From positions 1 through 64,000 of IMG/VR virus record IMGVR_UViG_3300024502_000010: a stretch of DNA of 64,000 nt; one strand, written 5' to 3'. The notes below the pieces were generated by a model, which saw only the letters and a program-made list of their open reading frames with translations, was not told where the DNA came from and ran no database searches. A program made the position numbers and the translations under genes. Positions 12,318 through 22,800 of this stretch are shown here, piece after piece (the stretch's first letter is position 1; the number at the start of each line of letters is the position of its first letter).

Positions 12318-12653
12318 TTAAACTGACGCAGAGGGTGTCACAATTGCCATACCTTCAATGATTTTCTTTTTCTTTCCGGTGGAATTGTTAATAATGACAA
12401 CATCATAATAATGTCTTCCATCTTCTAAAGTTGAAGATACTGTACTTCCCATAGAAAGAATTACCTGTCCCCTTGAAGTAACAATTCCAACAGAAAAGGG
12501 CGTTGAAGTTCCTGAAGATGGAAACTTCTTTATTTTAGAGACTGAAGAAAAATTATTTAAATTAAGTGCTGATCCATCTGGATTTGTTACAGTGAAGACA
12601 CTTTCAAAATCTGTCCCTCTTTCAATTGTTATATTGACTGCTGGAACCGCCAT
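12318..12653 (-). CDS. Virion structural hypothetical protein (111 aa)
   Basis: MAVPAVNITIERGTDF...GRHYYDVVI; preceded by an ATAAATA late-promoter motif at about 12671-12681. Confidence 0.65.
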   Translation of the reverse strand: MAVPAVNITIERGTDFESVFTVTNPDGSALNLNNFSSVSKIKKFPSSGTSTPFSVGIVTSRGQVILSMGSTVSSTLEDGRHYYDVVIINNSTGKKKKIIEGMAIVTPSASV

Positions 12654-12677
12654 TTATAATTTTAGTATTTTATTTAT

Positions 12678-13115
12678 TTATTCTTCTTGATTCAGTTGAC
12701 TTTTCAATAACTTAGCTAAATCAGCTGTAGAACCAACAAAAAGTGCATTATTGACGGTTGTTGGGCTTTTAGATTGCTTTTGTTCCTCAATATCTTTCAA
12801 TTTCTTCTGCAAATCCATAAGTTTGTCAGTTGCATCTGCAACACTTTTTATCAATTGACCAGCAACTTCATAAGCCCTTGGCATTTCACTTTCTTGAGCA
12901 AGTTCTAAAATTCCATTTATTGCCTCTTGTCCCTTTTCTATTAAGGAATATAAATTTCCTCTTGTGTAATTGTAATCTTTTTTTATATCATCAAAATCCG
13001 AAGAAATTTTTTCAACTTTTTCTACAACAGAATCAACTTCTGTAGGAACTATATCTAAACTTCCACTATTTTCTAAATTGAAAGCATCATTCAGAGAATT
13101 AAATTTTTTATCCAT
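12678..13115 (-). CDS. g16: Terminase small subunit (T4 gp16-like)
   Basis: DYNYTRGNLYSLIEKGQEAINGILELAQESEMPRAYEVAGQLIK motif; lies directly after g15. Confidence 0.85.
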   Translation of the reverse strand: MDKKFNSLNDAFNLENSGSLDIVPTEVDSVVEKVEKISSDFDDIKKDYNYTRGNLYSLIEKGQEAINGILELAQESEMPRAYEVAGQLIKSVADATDKLMDLQKKLKDIEEQKQSKSPTTVNNALFVGSTADLAKLLKSQLNQEE

Positions 13116-13118
13116 AGT

Positions 13119-14120
13119 TTAAAAAGCACTTCCACTAAATCCAAAATCATCACCATCTTCAATCAAGAGATTATCTTGCTGAGTAATTGATTTAACTTCA
13201 GCACCGGAAAGATGAGATGTAATCTGAGTTTCATCTCTACCTCTTTCTACAGTTAAAACATTGCCAGAAACAAGTTTTACATAAACTTCTTCCCCCTCAA
13301 TATCCAAATAAGAATTCTTGACAATTGATGCTGCATTATTTACGGTAATTAGGGTATCTTCAGTATTAACATCCTTTGCTAAGTTGGTTAAAACAGTGCC
13401 AGTGTAATTTTTGATTGCTCTTGGTTGAGCGGAATATACAACTTCTCTTGTTGGAGAATTTGTAGTATCTCCTGTAATATAACTGATAGTAGTTTTCTTG
13501 ATAATGTCCTTCGTTGCAGAAGAAATAGGACCAAATAGATAAACCTTTGCAGTAAATCTTAATGTATAAATTAAAACTCTTCTTGTAGTAAAATCTCCTT
13601 CATAGTCATCCTGCATCGTAATATTTTCTAATACCACAGGAATATCTCTTTTTTCATTAATACTATCAACTAACTCCACTGTCATTGTGTAAGCTGGTTG
13701 GAAATATGGAAGAATTTGTTCAATAATTTGCAATGCATCATCATTTAATTTTGACATGATGCTTAATTCAAATTGCATATTATATGGAACAGGTAAATAT
13801 GCTTTTTTTGTTTCCTTAGTATCATTTACATCTTTTGCTGTAAATGTTTGAGTAGTTGTTGATTTTCTTGTTGGATCATATGTCAACCCAGTAAATTCAA
13901 AAGACATCCTTGGGAGTGTAATTTGAACTGGTTTATTTAAATTTGCAGATTGCTCTAATCGGGCAAGAAATTTTTGAGTAGGTCCATATGCCAGAGGAAC
14001 CTTAATAATACTTACAACATCATCTTCGGTGTTTTTATGCTTAATCTTTATATCATTAAACAATGAACCAAATGATATGACAGTTCTTCTTAAAATTTCG
14101 TTATAGAAATACTCAAACAT
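13119..14120 (-). CDS. g15: Tail sheath stabilizer / terminator (T4 gp15-like)
   Basis: YFYNEILRRTVISFGSLFNDI, VPLAYGP.QKFLARL and LPRMSFE motifs; g13-g14-g15-g16 synteny. Confidence 0.9.
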   Translation of the reverse strand: MFEYFYNEILRRTVISFGSLFNDIKIKHKNTEDDVVSIIKVPLAYGPTQKFLARLEQSANLNKPVQITLPRMSFEFTGLTYDPTRKSTTTQTFTAKDVNDTKETKKAYLPVPYNMQFELSIMSKLNDDALQIIEQILPYFQPAYTMTVELVDSINEKRDIPVVLENITMQDDYEGDFTTRRVLIYTLRFTAKVYLFGPISSATKDIIKKTTISYITGDTTNSPTREVVYSAQPRAIKNYTGTVLTNLAKDVNTEDTLITVNNAASIVKNSYLDIEGEEVYVKLVSGNVLTVERGRDETQITSHLSGAEVKSITQQDNLLIEDGDDFGFSGSAF

Positions 14121-14163
14121 GATAGAAACCTATTATAAAATAATTATTACTAATAACTAATAT

Positions 14164-15573
14164 TTATGGCATTCCAAATGGGTTTCTCTCACTAAAGTCA
14201 ATTATTAAATCAGATTCCAATTCAATTTCAGAATTTTGTGCATATCCATCATCAATTGGATACTGATCAATAAAACGCAATTCGTGATAAGATCCAGAAT
14301 CTTCTCCTGTCACCATTTCTCCCGCAACAAATTCTCCGTTAATATTTGATAATTCTAAAACATTAGTAACAGAATTCCAAGATTTTACTCTTCCTTTTGT
14401 GCCACTATCAGATCCAACAACTACTTCGTTAAAGATATAGTTTCCATAAGAGGATGTTGACGCTGCTCCAATTATTATGGTTGGGGAAACGGTATATCCC
14501 AATCCGGCGTTTGTAATTCTTATCGATGTGATTGTTCCCGCAGAACTTACGACAGCAGTTGCGGCTGCAGAAACTGAAGAAATTCCACTGAAAGAAATAG
14601 TCGGCGGTGATGTATAACCAGATCCCCCATTAGTTAGAGTTATAATACCAACAACACCATTTCCAATTGTAGCTGTTGCTGTAGCACCACCACCTTCTTC
14701 ACTAATAAATCTTACTCCCGGAGACTGTGTATATCCAAATCCAGAATTTATTAATTGTACACTTTGAACTGATTTTGAATTTGGATTTGTATTGTCATTG
14801 CAAACAACAATACCGCCAATCATAATAGCTGTTGCTATACCAGTTTTTCCTCCAATTGGTGCTGAAGATATTCCAACTTTTGGCGCTGTTAGATACCCAC
14901 CACCTCTATTTGTTACAGTTATGTATCTTATACCACCATTTACTATATGTGCTGTTGCTGTAGCAGTTACTGCAGACCCAACCATGGTAAGCTTTTGAAT
15001 AGAACCAATTGAAGCATTTTCTCCATCAATACCAGTACCACTTATATTATCATCTATTTCCGCAATACCTGTATCAATGACTTCATCTTCATATCTAAAG
15101 ATTTCGCACCTTAATTCATAAGTATAGTTTTTTTGTAATTGATAAAATGGTTTTTCATGCTCAACATATTTAATTTCAAATAATCTATCTCCCAAAGGTA
15201 AATAAATTAAATCACCTTCTTTCGGTCTTGATGCTAATTTAATTCCGGGTCTGGATTTTATTAGTGGATATATGTAATTTTCATATCTTTCTTTTGAAAT
15301 TGTAATTGTTAATTCATTTAGTGCCTGTATACCAAATTTTGAAAGTATAGTTGGATTATTGCCATATCCATCATAATTTTCAATATAAGCTTCTATAGGA
15401 AAAGCCTGATTGAAAAGAGACTCTATTACTTCTTTTATTATTGTTCTTTCTGTCACATACTTTCTAGGTATATAATAAACTTCAACTCCATACATTCTAA
15501 GTTGTTCATTTATTAAATCTTGTATAAGACCCTGCTCAGATTTTGATCCTTGAAGAAAAAATGGATTAAGCAT
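14164..15573 (-). CDS. g14: Neck protein (T4 gp14-like) with a Gly-rich beta-repeat insertion
   Basis: LNPFF...EQ.LIQDLINEQLRMYG, PKEGDLIYLP and FEIKYVEHE.PFYQL motifs. Confidence 0.85.
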   Translation of the reverse strand: MLNPFFLQGSKSEQGLIQDLINEQLRMYGVEVYYIPRKYVTERTIIKEVIESLFNQAFPIEAYIENYDGYGNNPTILSKFGIQALNELTITISKERYENYIYPLIKSRPGIKLASRPKEGDLIYLPLGDRLFEIKYVEHEKPFYQLQKNYTYELRCEIFRYEDEVIDTGIAEIDDNISGTGIDGENASIGSIQKLTMVGSAVTATATAHIVNGGIRYITVTNRGGGYLTAPKVGISSAPIGGKTGIATAIMIGGIVVCNDNTNPNSKSVQSVQLINSGFGYTQSPGVRFISEEGGGATATATIGNGVVGIITLTNGGSGYTSPPTISFSGISSVSAAATAVVSSAGTITSIRITNAGLGYTVSPTIIIGAASTSSYGNYIFNEVVVGSDSGTKGRVKSWNSVTNVLELSNINGEFVAGEMVTGEDSGSYHELRFIDQYPIDDGYAQNSEIELESDLIIDFSERNPFGMP

Positions 15574-15577
15574 GAGA

Positions 15578-16423
15578 TTAACCTATCATATCTAAAGGTG
15601 GCAACTCATATGTATTTGACATTTTTTCCATTAAAATATCTATTTCTCTTTGAGCATCATCATACATTTGTCTGCCATTCAACTCAACACCACCGGGAAG
15701 TTTAACTCCAGTGAATTTCATCATATTCTGACCCCATTGTTTTTTAATCAAGGAGGTTAGATATGGTTTAAGGAAAGAGTCATTCCAAACTCTAGAATAA
15801 TCATTTGGATCGAGAGTTGAATAGCAATCAATTACAAAATACTGCCCCTCACTTACTGAACCCCAATCAATATCCAAATATAATCTATCTTGCCTTTTAT
15901 TAAAACGAATTTGTTTCTGTGTATTCAAAAGAAAATCCAAATCTTCCAAATAAGTTTTGACCATAGCATAAGAAAGTAGTTCAGTGGTCCCCCAGTAGTA
16001 AACATCATTTAAGAATAATTGATATTTTACGCTGAACATACTGTGGGTAATTGTATTTGCCCCATCAAAAGTAAAGATTTTATTTACACCAATAATATTA
16101 GGGGGAACTTGGAGATAATTGCTATTTTCATAATAATTAAAAGTAGTTGTTGTGCCAGCAATATTTGTCGTGGCGCTAATAGTCGTTATGCCCACATTTC
16201 CGGAAAGACCTTTAGCTCTTCCTCTATCAATGTCGTTCTGAGTTACTTTATACTTATAAAATGTTGGATAGACTCCATCAAAATGTCTTTCTTGAAAAAA
16301 CTGGATGGCATCATCAACTAAATCTTCAATTTGTTCATCTGCAACATTTATTTCCAAAACTGGCGCACCCAGTTTTCTTTTACAATAATCTATTAGTTCT
16401 TGTCTAGTAGATGGTTGCGCCAT
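15578..16423 (-). CDS. g13: Neck protein (T4 gp13-like)
   Basis: RQELIDYCKRKLGAPVLEINVA.EQ and KKQWGQNMMKF.GV.LPGGV.LNG motifs. Confidence 0.9.
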   Translation of the reverse strand: MAQPSTRQELIDYCKRKLGAPVLEINVADEQIEDLVDDAIQFFQERHFDGVYPTFYKYKVTQNDIDRGRAKGLSGNVGITTISATTNIAGTTTTFNYYENSNYLQVPPNIIGVNKIFTFDGANTITHSMFSVKYQLFLNDVYYWGTTELLSYAMVKTYLEDLDFLLNTQKQIRFNKRQDRLYLDIDWGSVSEGQYFVIDCYSTLDPNDYSRVWNDSFLKPYLTSLIKKQWGQNMMKFTGVKLPGGVELNGRQMYDDAQREIDILMEKMSNTYELPPLDMIG

Positions 16424-16444
16424 TTATCTTCTCTTTTAAAATAT

Positions 16445-16624
16445 TTATGATTTGGTTGTTAAAAGTTGAGATACAACTTCTTGCTGCTTTAAGTATAATT
16501 TAAAATAGCATTTTGCAATGTTTTTTGCATCTTCTATATTAGATATATTATCTATTTCTGAGCAAACTTTAAAATATTCAAAGCTTTTACTAAGATTTTC
16601 AAGTTCTATATTATCTGGATTCAT
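16445..16624 (-). CDS. 59-aa helical protein resembling NblA (phycobilisome degradation adaptor); not in the ORF track
   Basis: Manual translation MNPDNIELENLSKSFEYFKVCSEIDNISNIEDAKNIAKCYFKLYLKQQEVVSQLLTTKS; its start overlaps the 3' end of the upstream gene. The NblA resemblance is by eye only. Confidence 0.45.
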   Translation of the reverse strand: MNPDNIELENLSKSFEYFKVCSEIDNISNIEDAKNIAKCYFKLYLKQQEVVSQLLTTKS

Positions 16625-16838
16625 TTATCAAACCTCTAAGTAGCATTTTAATTTCATCTAAATCATTTTTTATACTCGATACTTCATGCTCCAAACTGTT
16701 AATTTTTTTCTGTTCTTCATTTTTTACATTACGTCTAGACAGATACTGTTGATATTCTGACATATTAGCATTAATAATCGAATTTGTTTTTGGGTCCCTA
16801 AAAAGGTCGTTTTGACCTTCTACTTTTAAGTAATTCAT
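16611..16838 (-). CDS. Conserved cyanophage hypothetical protein with C-terminal coiled coil (75 aa)
   Basis: LKVEG..DL.RDPKTNSIIN motif and a heptad C-terminus; packed into the late operon. Confidence 0.7.
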   Translation of the reverse strand: MNYLKVEGQNDLFRDPKTNSIINANMSEYQQYLSRRNVKNEEQKKINSLEHEVSSIKNDLDEIKMLLRGLINESR

Positions 16839-16846
16839 AATTTTTT

Positions 16847-19800
16847 TTATGCAAGTGAAATAACTCTTAGATTTTTAACTCTCGGTGGATACACTTGACT
16901 CGTTGATGTCATTACTAACTTAATTCTATAGAATCTAAATGAAGGTAGTTGATCTGCAGTGAATGTATATTCTCTAAAATCAACATTTGCAGATTCAAAT
17001 GCCAATGCTAAGGATGGTTGGACAAAAACATCAGGTAATCCATCACTGTCTTCAAGATTAATTACTTGTTTTGTTGTAACATCAATGTTATTGTATCCTG
17101 GGAATGGTGTAAATATTGGAGTAAAATTAGAAGTCTCACTTATTGCATAGAAAGCACGAATATCACAATAAGAATTGATGTGAGCATCTAATAGAATTTT
17201 AATTGATGATGCAGGATTTTCTAATGTAATTTCCTTTGATAGATATTGGAATGCAGATGGATCAACACCAACAGTATTTACTCTATTATCAGTTGCATAA
17301 TTTCCGATAACTTTATTAACTCTGTTTGAAGTTAAAACGGCTGTCATTCTTTGGGTATCAATAACTGGAGAGACCTTTGGATCGGAGGTACTCAAATTAA
17401 ATCTAATATTCAATGATTTTTTGCCAGGTAAGTCAACAATATTTTGTGTTTCGTTAGTTTTGGAAGCAATAATTCTTGGACTATTAAAATAATGAGTTTT
17501 ATTAATCGGAATAGTTTCAAAACCTTGATCCACATATGCAATTTCATTGCCACTAATACTAGAACCACTTATTGTTCTTATTTCGGCATCCAAACTAGTT
17601 CCCTGTACAGTTGTATTCTGAATACTTGTAGTAATTAATTCATAAGGAATATTTTGTGATGCCTTTATGTTAAATCCTCCCGCATTTTTTGTATTATTGA
17701 AATAAAGTGCTGGGAAAGATTGACCGTTACTTCTATCTGTACCTTCTTGATTCGATCTAATTTTAATAGAATATGAATCAAAAGTTATTGGATCTTTTAC
17801 TGAAGCATTGCCCAGATAATGCTCAGTATTAATTCTTCTTAGAGACACTCCATTAAGTTCATATTTGTAAACTGGAGTTCCTGCCAAATATTCTATGCTT
17901 CCACCTGGATATGAATTCAATACATTTTGATATACTGGATCGATATATCCAAAAGAAGTAATTCCACGAAGAGCACCACTGCTAACAGAAGTGTATTCTA
18001 AAAGTTGATTATCTATCAATACATATCCTGGATTTGTTGATGCGACACCAACATTTTCAAAAGTTGTAAAATTAGATGGATCGTCAATAAAAATACTATC
18101 CCCAGTTTGATATGGTATTGATAATTTTGTTGGTGGTACATCACTTTCAACGCCTGAAATATTAACATAGTTATTTTTAAAATACATACCATGATTTTTG
18201 TGATTTACAGTGAAGTGAAGACCATCTGTTTCAACATTAATATCATTTATTTGAACATTTCCACCATTTGAGTAATTTAATGCACTAGTTATTCCTGCAC
18301 TATTAATATAACTGACAGTTTTTCCTACTCCAGCAACTTCAAAATTACCCTGAACATTATCTAAAATAAGTTCATTAGTACTTGCTATTGATACTATAGA
18401 GAATGTTGCATTTCTTCCTATCGAATTCCCTCCAATTGTAGAAATTCCTAAGATATCTCCGACTTTGTAACCATTTCCAGATTGACTTATGGTTGCTGCA
18501 ACAGCAACTCCGCTACTAATTGTCACATCAGCCTTAGCATTTCTCCCACTTCCGGTAATTGTAACTAAAGATACATCATTGAAAGTGAGTGATCCTGCTG
18601 ACGGAGTATATCCGATTCCAGAATTGATAACCTCTAGTTGTCCTGTAGCTATTCCTGCACTTCCTACATAATTTCCGGATGCATTTGTTCCACCTTGAAC
18701 AATTGTATTACCTAAAACTAAATTAGCATCTGTTAATGATGAAGAAAGAGAAACTCTTATCTTTCTGGAATTCATTGAAATTGAGTTTGGCATTAATGTT
18801 GGAATTTGGGAATTTCCTATGCTCAATTCTGGATTATAAAATTCTACTCTTCCTTCCGGAACAAATTCTGCCCTATAAAGAGAAAACTTAAGATCTTCCC
18901 ATTGGCTAGCTTCCCAAGTTGATGCATTTTGGGACTTGAATAGAGAACCAAGTGTTGGTTGAGTGGAAACTGCGGATTGAGTTAAAATATCAACCTCACC
19001 AACACCAACTCTTGAAATAAAGACATTATATTTTGAAGAAGATGAACCAACAACAAGAGCGTATTCGGCTGGTCCAGTCAAGTAAACTGGAGCTTTAAAA
19101 GTAAATGTTGTTGCAACACTACCATCATTAGAAGTTTTTACTTCGTCTGGGCTTAAGAATACTTCAGAAAATGGTAGAACTTCTCTTGTAGGATAACCAT
19201 TTTGCATGGTTCTAATCTGAACAAAAACTGGCGTCTCAGCATCTTCTTTTGTCTTAAAGAAGATATCACACTTAGTAATAAAGACTCCCCCACTCTCATT
19301 AACTAAGAATGATTGTGCAAGAGGATCCCACCAATAGCATCTGTATCCATAATTTGTTGTGGAAGTAACTTGAGTATCTACCAATTGGGGCCCAGTTGTT
19401 TTGGATACTGCCTCTTGTTTGGTTTGTTGCTTTTGCTCAATTCTACCATTTCTTGTTGAAATGATATTTTCTTGAACGGTTTCCAAAGTTCCACTTGAAG
19501 TAAATGCTTCTTCAGCTAATGTAGCTGCAGTAGCTGCATTGTTTAAATTATTATTAATTAATGTAAAAGTTTTATTGCCATTTTCAAATCTTGGATTTGC
19601 TGATACATTTGGGTTGGGTAGATAGAAACTACCAATAATCCATGTGTATACATCAGTAAGCAATCTGACATTAGTAATTCTTGCCTGAGCACCACTTGTT
19701 TTTCCAACCAGTGTCATACCACTTTCTACATATCCGGAGTACTGTCCTTGATACTGTGCAGAAAGAGAGAATGTATCAACATTCAAAACTGTAGAAGTTG

Positions 19801-22800
19801 AAGAATAAGTTGATGGTAGGGGCTGACTTGTATATGGATTTAATGGGAAAACTGAAGATGGTGCATCATATTGACCGTCTTTATGATTAGACTGTGCAAC
19901 TCTAAATGTAATACTTGCAGTACTATCTGCTATAACTGTTGGACTTATACCAGTTTTAATAACAGTACCAACAACATCCTCTCCGACTTGGAAGACGCCG
20001 CTTATCATATTAATTTCAAGGAGTTTAGGTACACAATATTTTGTTACATCAATTCCATCGAAGAAAGCATATAGTTGTGTTAATGGTTTTAAGTTCTTAG
20101 AAACAAACTGAATGTTTCTAGACCTCATGTATTGAATAAGATTTCTACTTACTACCTTATCACCTATAGACTGTCTATCAAATTCCTCAACAACGAAGGT
20201 TGTTGTACCGGTGCTGCTCTTAACACCAGTTTCTTTTACTTCTCTATATTTGTCTTGAGTGACTGTAGTTGTTTGGCTATACCATCCACGATTATGCCAT
20301 CCGTAGTATCCCCAGTATCCGTAGTATCCCCAGTATCCATAATAATAACCATAAGGATAACCATACCAATAATACCCATAGTGTCCATAGTTTTGTGTTG
20401 TCTTACTGCTGGTTTGTACTGTTTCAATAACTTCCTTTCCAGTCCATGTTGTTTCCCATGCGCTCCAAACAGTGGGAGAATATCCAGTCTGAGGGTCTAC
20501 ATTAAACTGCTCTGCAGCAAGAGCCATAGTTTGGGCATAATTTCCTTCAACATTAATTGTTTTTGCATCTAAACGAACAGTATCGACCCAAGTATCGGAT
20601 GCTGGTGTTAATTCTGTAGTTCCTTGCCAAAAACTAATTACGAATGGAGTTACATTTTCAGTTCTTGTTGCAAATGGTTGTTTGAAATATTCAACCTCAG
20701 AATAATTTAGAGTAATTAAATCACTATTTTTTATGATATTAGAACCCTCTGGTTGCTCAACAGAATAATCGATAGAAGGATTTAATCCTTCTACGGGACC
20801 TTGAACCAAATCAATTGCAGTTGTGTAATGTCTTGGTCTTAGTTCTTTATTTTTTATATCAATACTATTTTGATATGGGAATCCACTTTCTTGTGATTGT
20901 AGAGTGCTAAAATTATCTACAAAAAATCCTGATTTAAAACGATCCAATCCTTCAGAATCTGCAACAAATAAATTCGCCGTGCTTGTTTCTAGCATTGAAA
21001 GCGCGGTGTAATACTCAAGATTCTTAATACGATTCTCAAGTTGTTTAATATCAACCATTCTATATCTTTTGTGCTCAAGAAGTTGAACAGTTGATTGCGA
21101 AACCGCAAATAGATATGGAGAATGTGTTACTGTTGCAATTTCTAATGAATCATCGACTGTAATTGGTTTTTCTGGTTTTTCTGAAGGAACTCCATACTGT
21201 ATTTGGAAAGTCCCATCTTTTCTTAAATATACTCTATCAATTCTTCCCAAGTAATAAGAGAATGATGTTATAATTTCTTCATCTGATGCTAAAATATTAG
21301 CAGAAGAATTTCCTGCAGCATTAAATACTCTTCCGTAGAATTCAAGAGGAGACCTTGAGTTTTGTGATACTGTATAATTAGACACTCTAGGTCTAATGTC
21401 AATCATATCACAATTTCTTATGGAGTTTGTTGTTTGGATATCTTTAACATAATCAAATCCACTATAGGATTCTATAGTTGTAATATCTCCAATATCAGAC
21501 TCTTGATGGTAACCACTAGAGTAATAAACTTTTATTTTATATACGGGTTCAGATGCCGAAGAATTCCTTGAAATATATCCATATCCATAGAAAGAACCAT
21601 TTTGCCCATTATCAAACTTATAACTTGAAGAGATATTCGAACTTGGAGAATCTATAGTTGTAATAACAGCTTGTATATTTGATTCTCTAAAAATTATTGG
21701 TTCCCCTTCTTTGAAATTAGTTTCATTTTCTGGTACAAATGTTATCTCAGAATCGGTCAATCTTTCGGTATATAAACCTATTGCACCACTAATTTGACCA
21801 ACAAATTGTTCGCCAATGATTAAATCTGTTGTTTTTGTTGTTGGTCCATTAATTGATGATAAAGTTGCCCTAGGTGCAGTTGGATCGCTGGTATCCTTGG
21901 ATTCATAAACAGCAATAACATTTAATACATCGGGAACATTTAATGATATTACATCATCTTGAACTCTTGTTCCATATGGATAATTTCCATAAATCAATCC
22001 ATCATTTAAAGTTGTAGTTCCTGTTCCAGAAGCTGCGTTCCTTGATTTATCTACAATATATACACCAACTCTATTTTTTAACTTATTTTTTGATTTTGGC
22101 TTTATTTTTCTGAGAGTTGTGACTAAAGTTGCTGCCGAATTTGTTCCCAAATTATAAATTTGAAGTTCTTTTGAACCATTTATAAAATCGAATTTATCTT
22201 CTGTTAAAACTTCAAAGGTTCCATCCTCTCTGACAAGAGTATAACGCTCTTCATCAAATGGTAGAAATGTCTCATTTTCTCCAGCAGCAACTGTGGATGA
22301 TAACTGATTTGATACTATGTTTACATCATATACCTTTCTTATTGTTAATGTTGTTTCTGATAAATTTATTGATGCAACATTTGGTCTTGGTAATACCGTA
22401 AATAAAGTATCATCGCTAGATCTTGAAAGTTTAGCTCCAAGTACTTTAAGATCAACTACTTCTAGTGTTGAATTTGGTAGTTTTCCTTCATTAGTTCCAA
22501 AAACAGTAGTAACTCCAGTTACTGATATTGAAGTTTTTCCTACACTAACTACACTTGCATAAACTGGATATGGAGAACTAAAATTACTAAATTCTACTAA
22601 ATTTCCTGGTTTAACTACTTTTCCTGGGAAATTTGGATTTGTGCTTATTATTGTACTAATTCCTAGTACATTTGCCGTACTTATAGTTGCTATACCAATA
22701 TTATAGTATGGGGATTGGATAACATTAGCATTGAAAGTTTTAGCAGTTCCTACTGTTCCTCTTATAGATTCAACATCGGAAATTGAATATGATGTTACTG

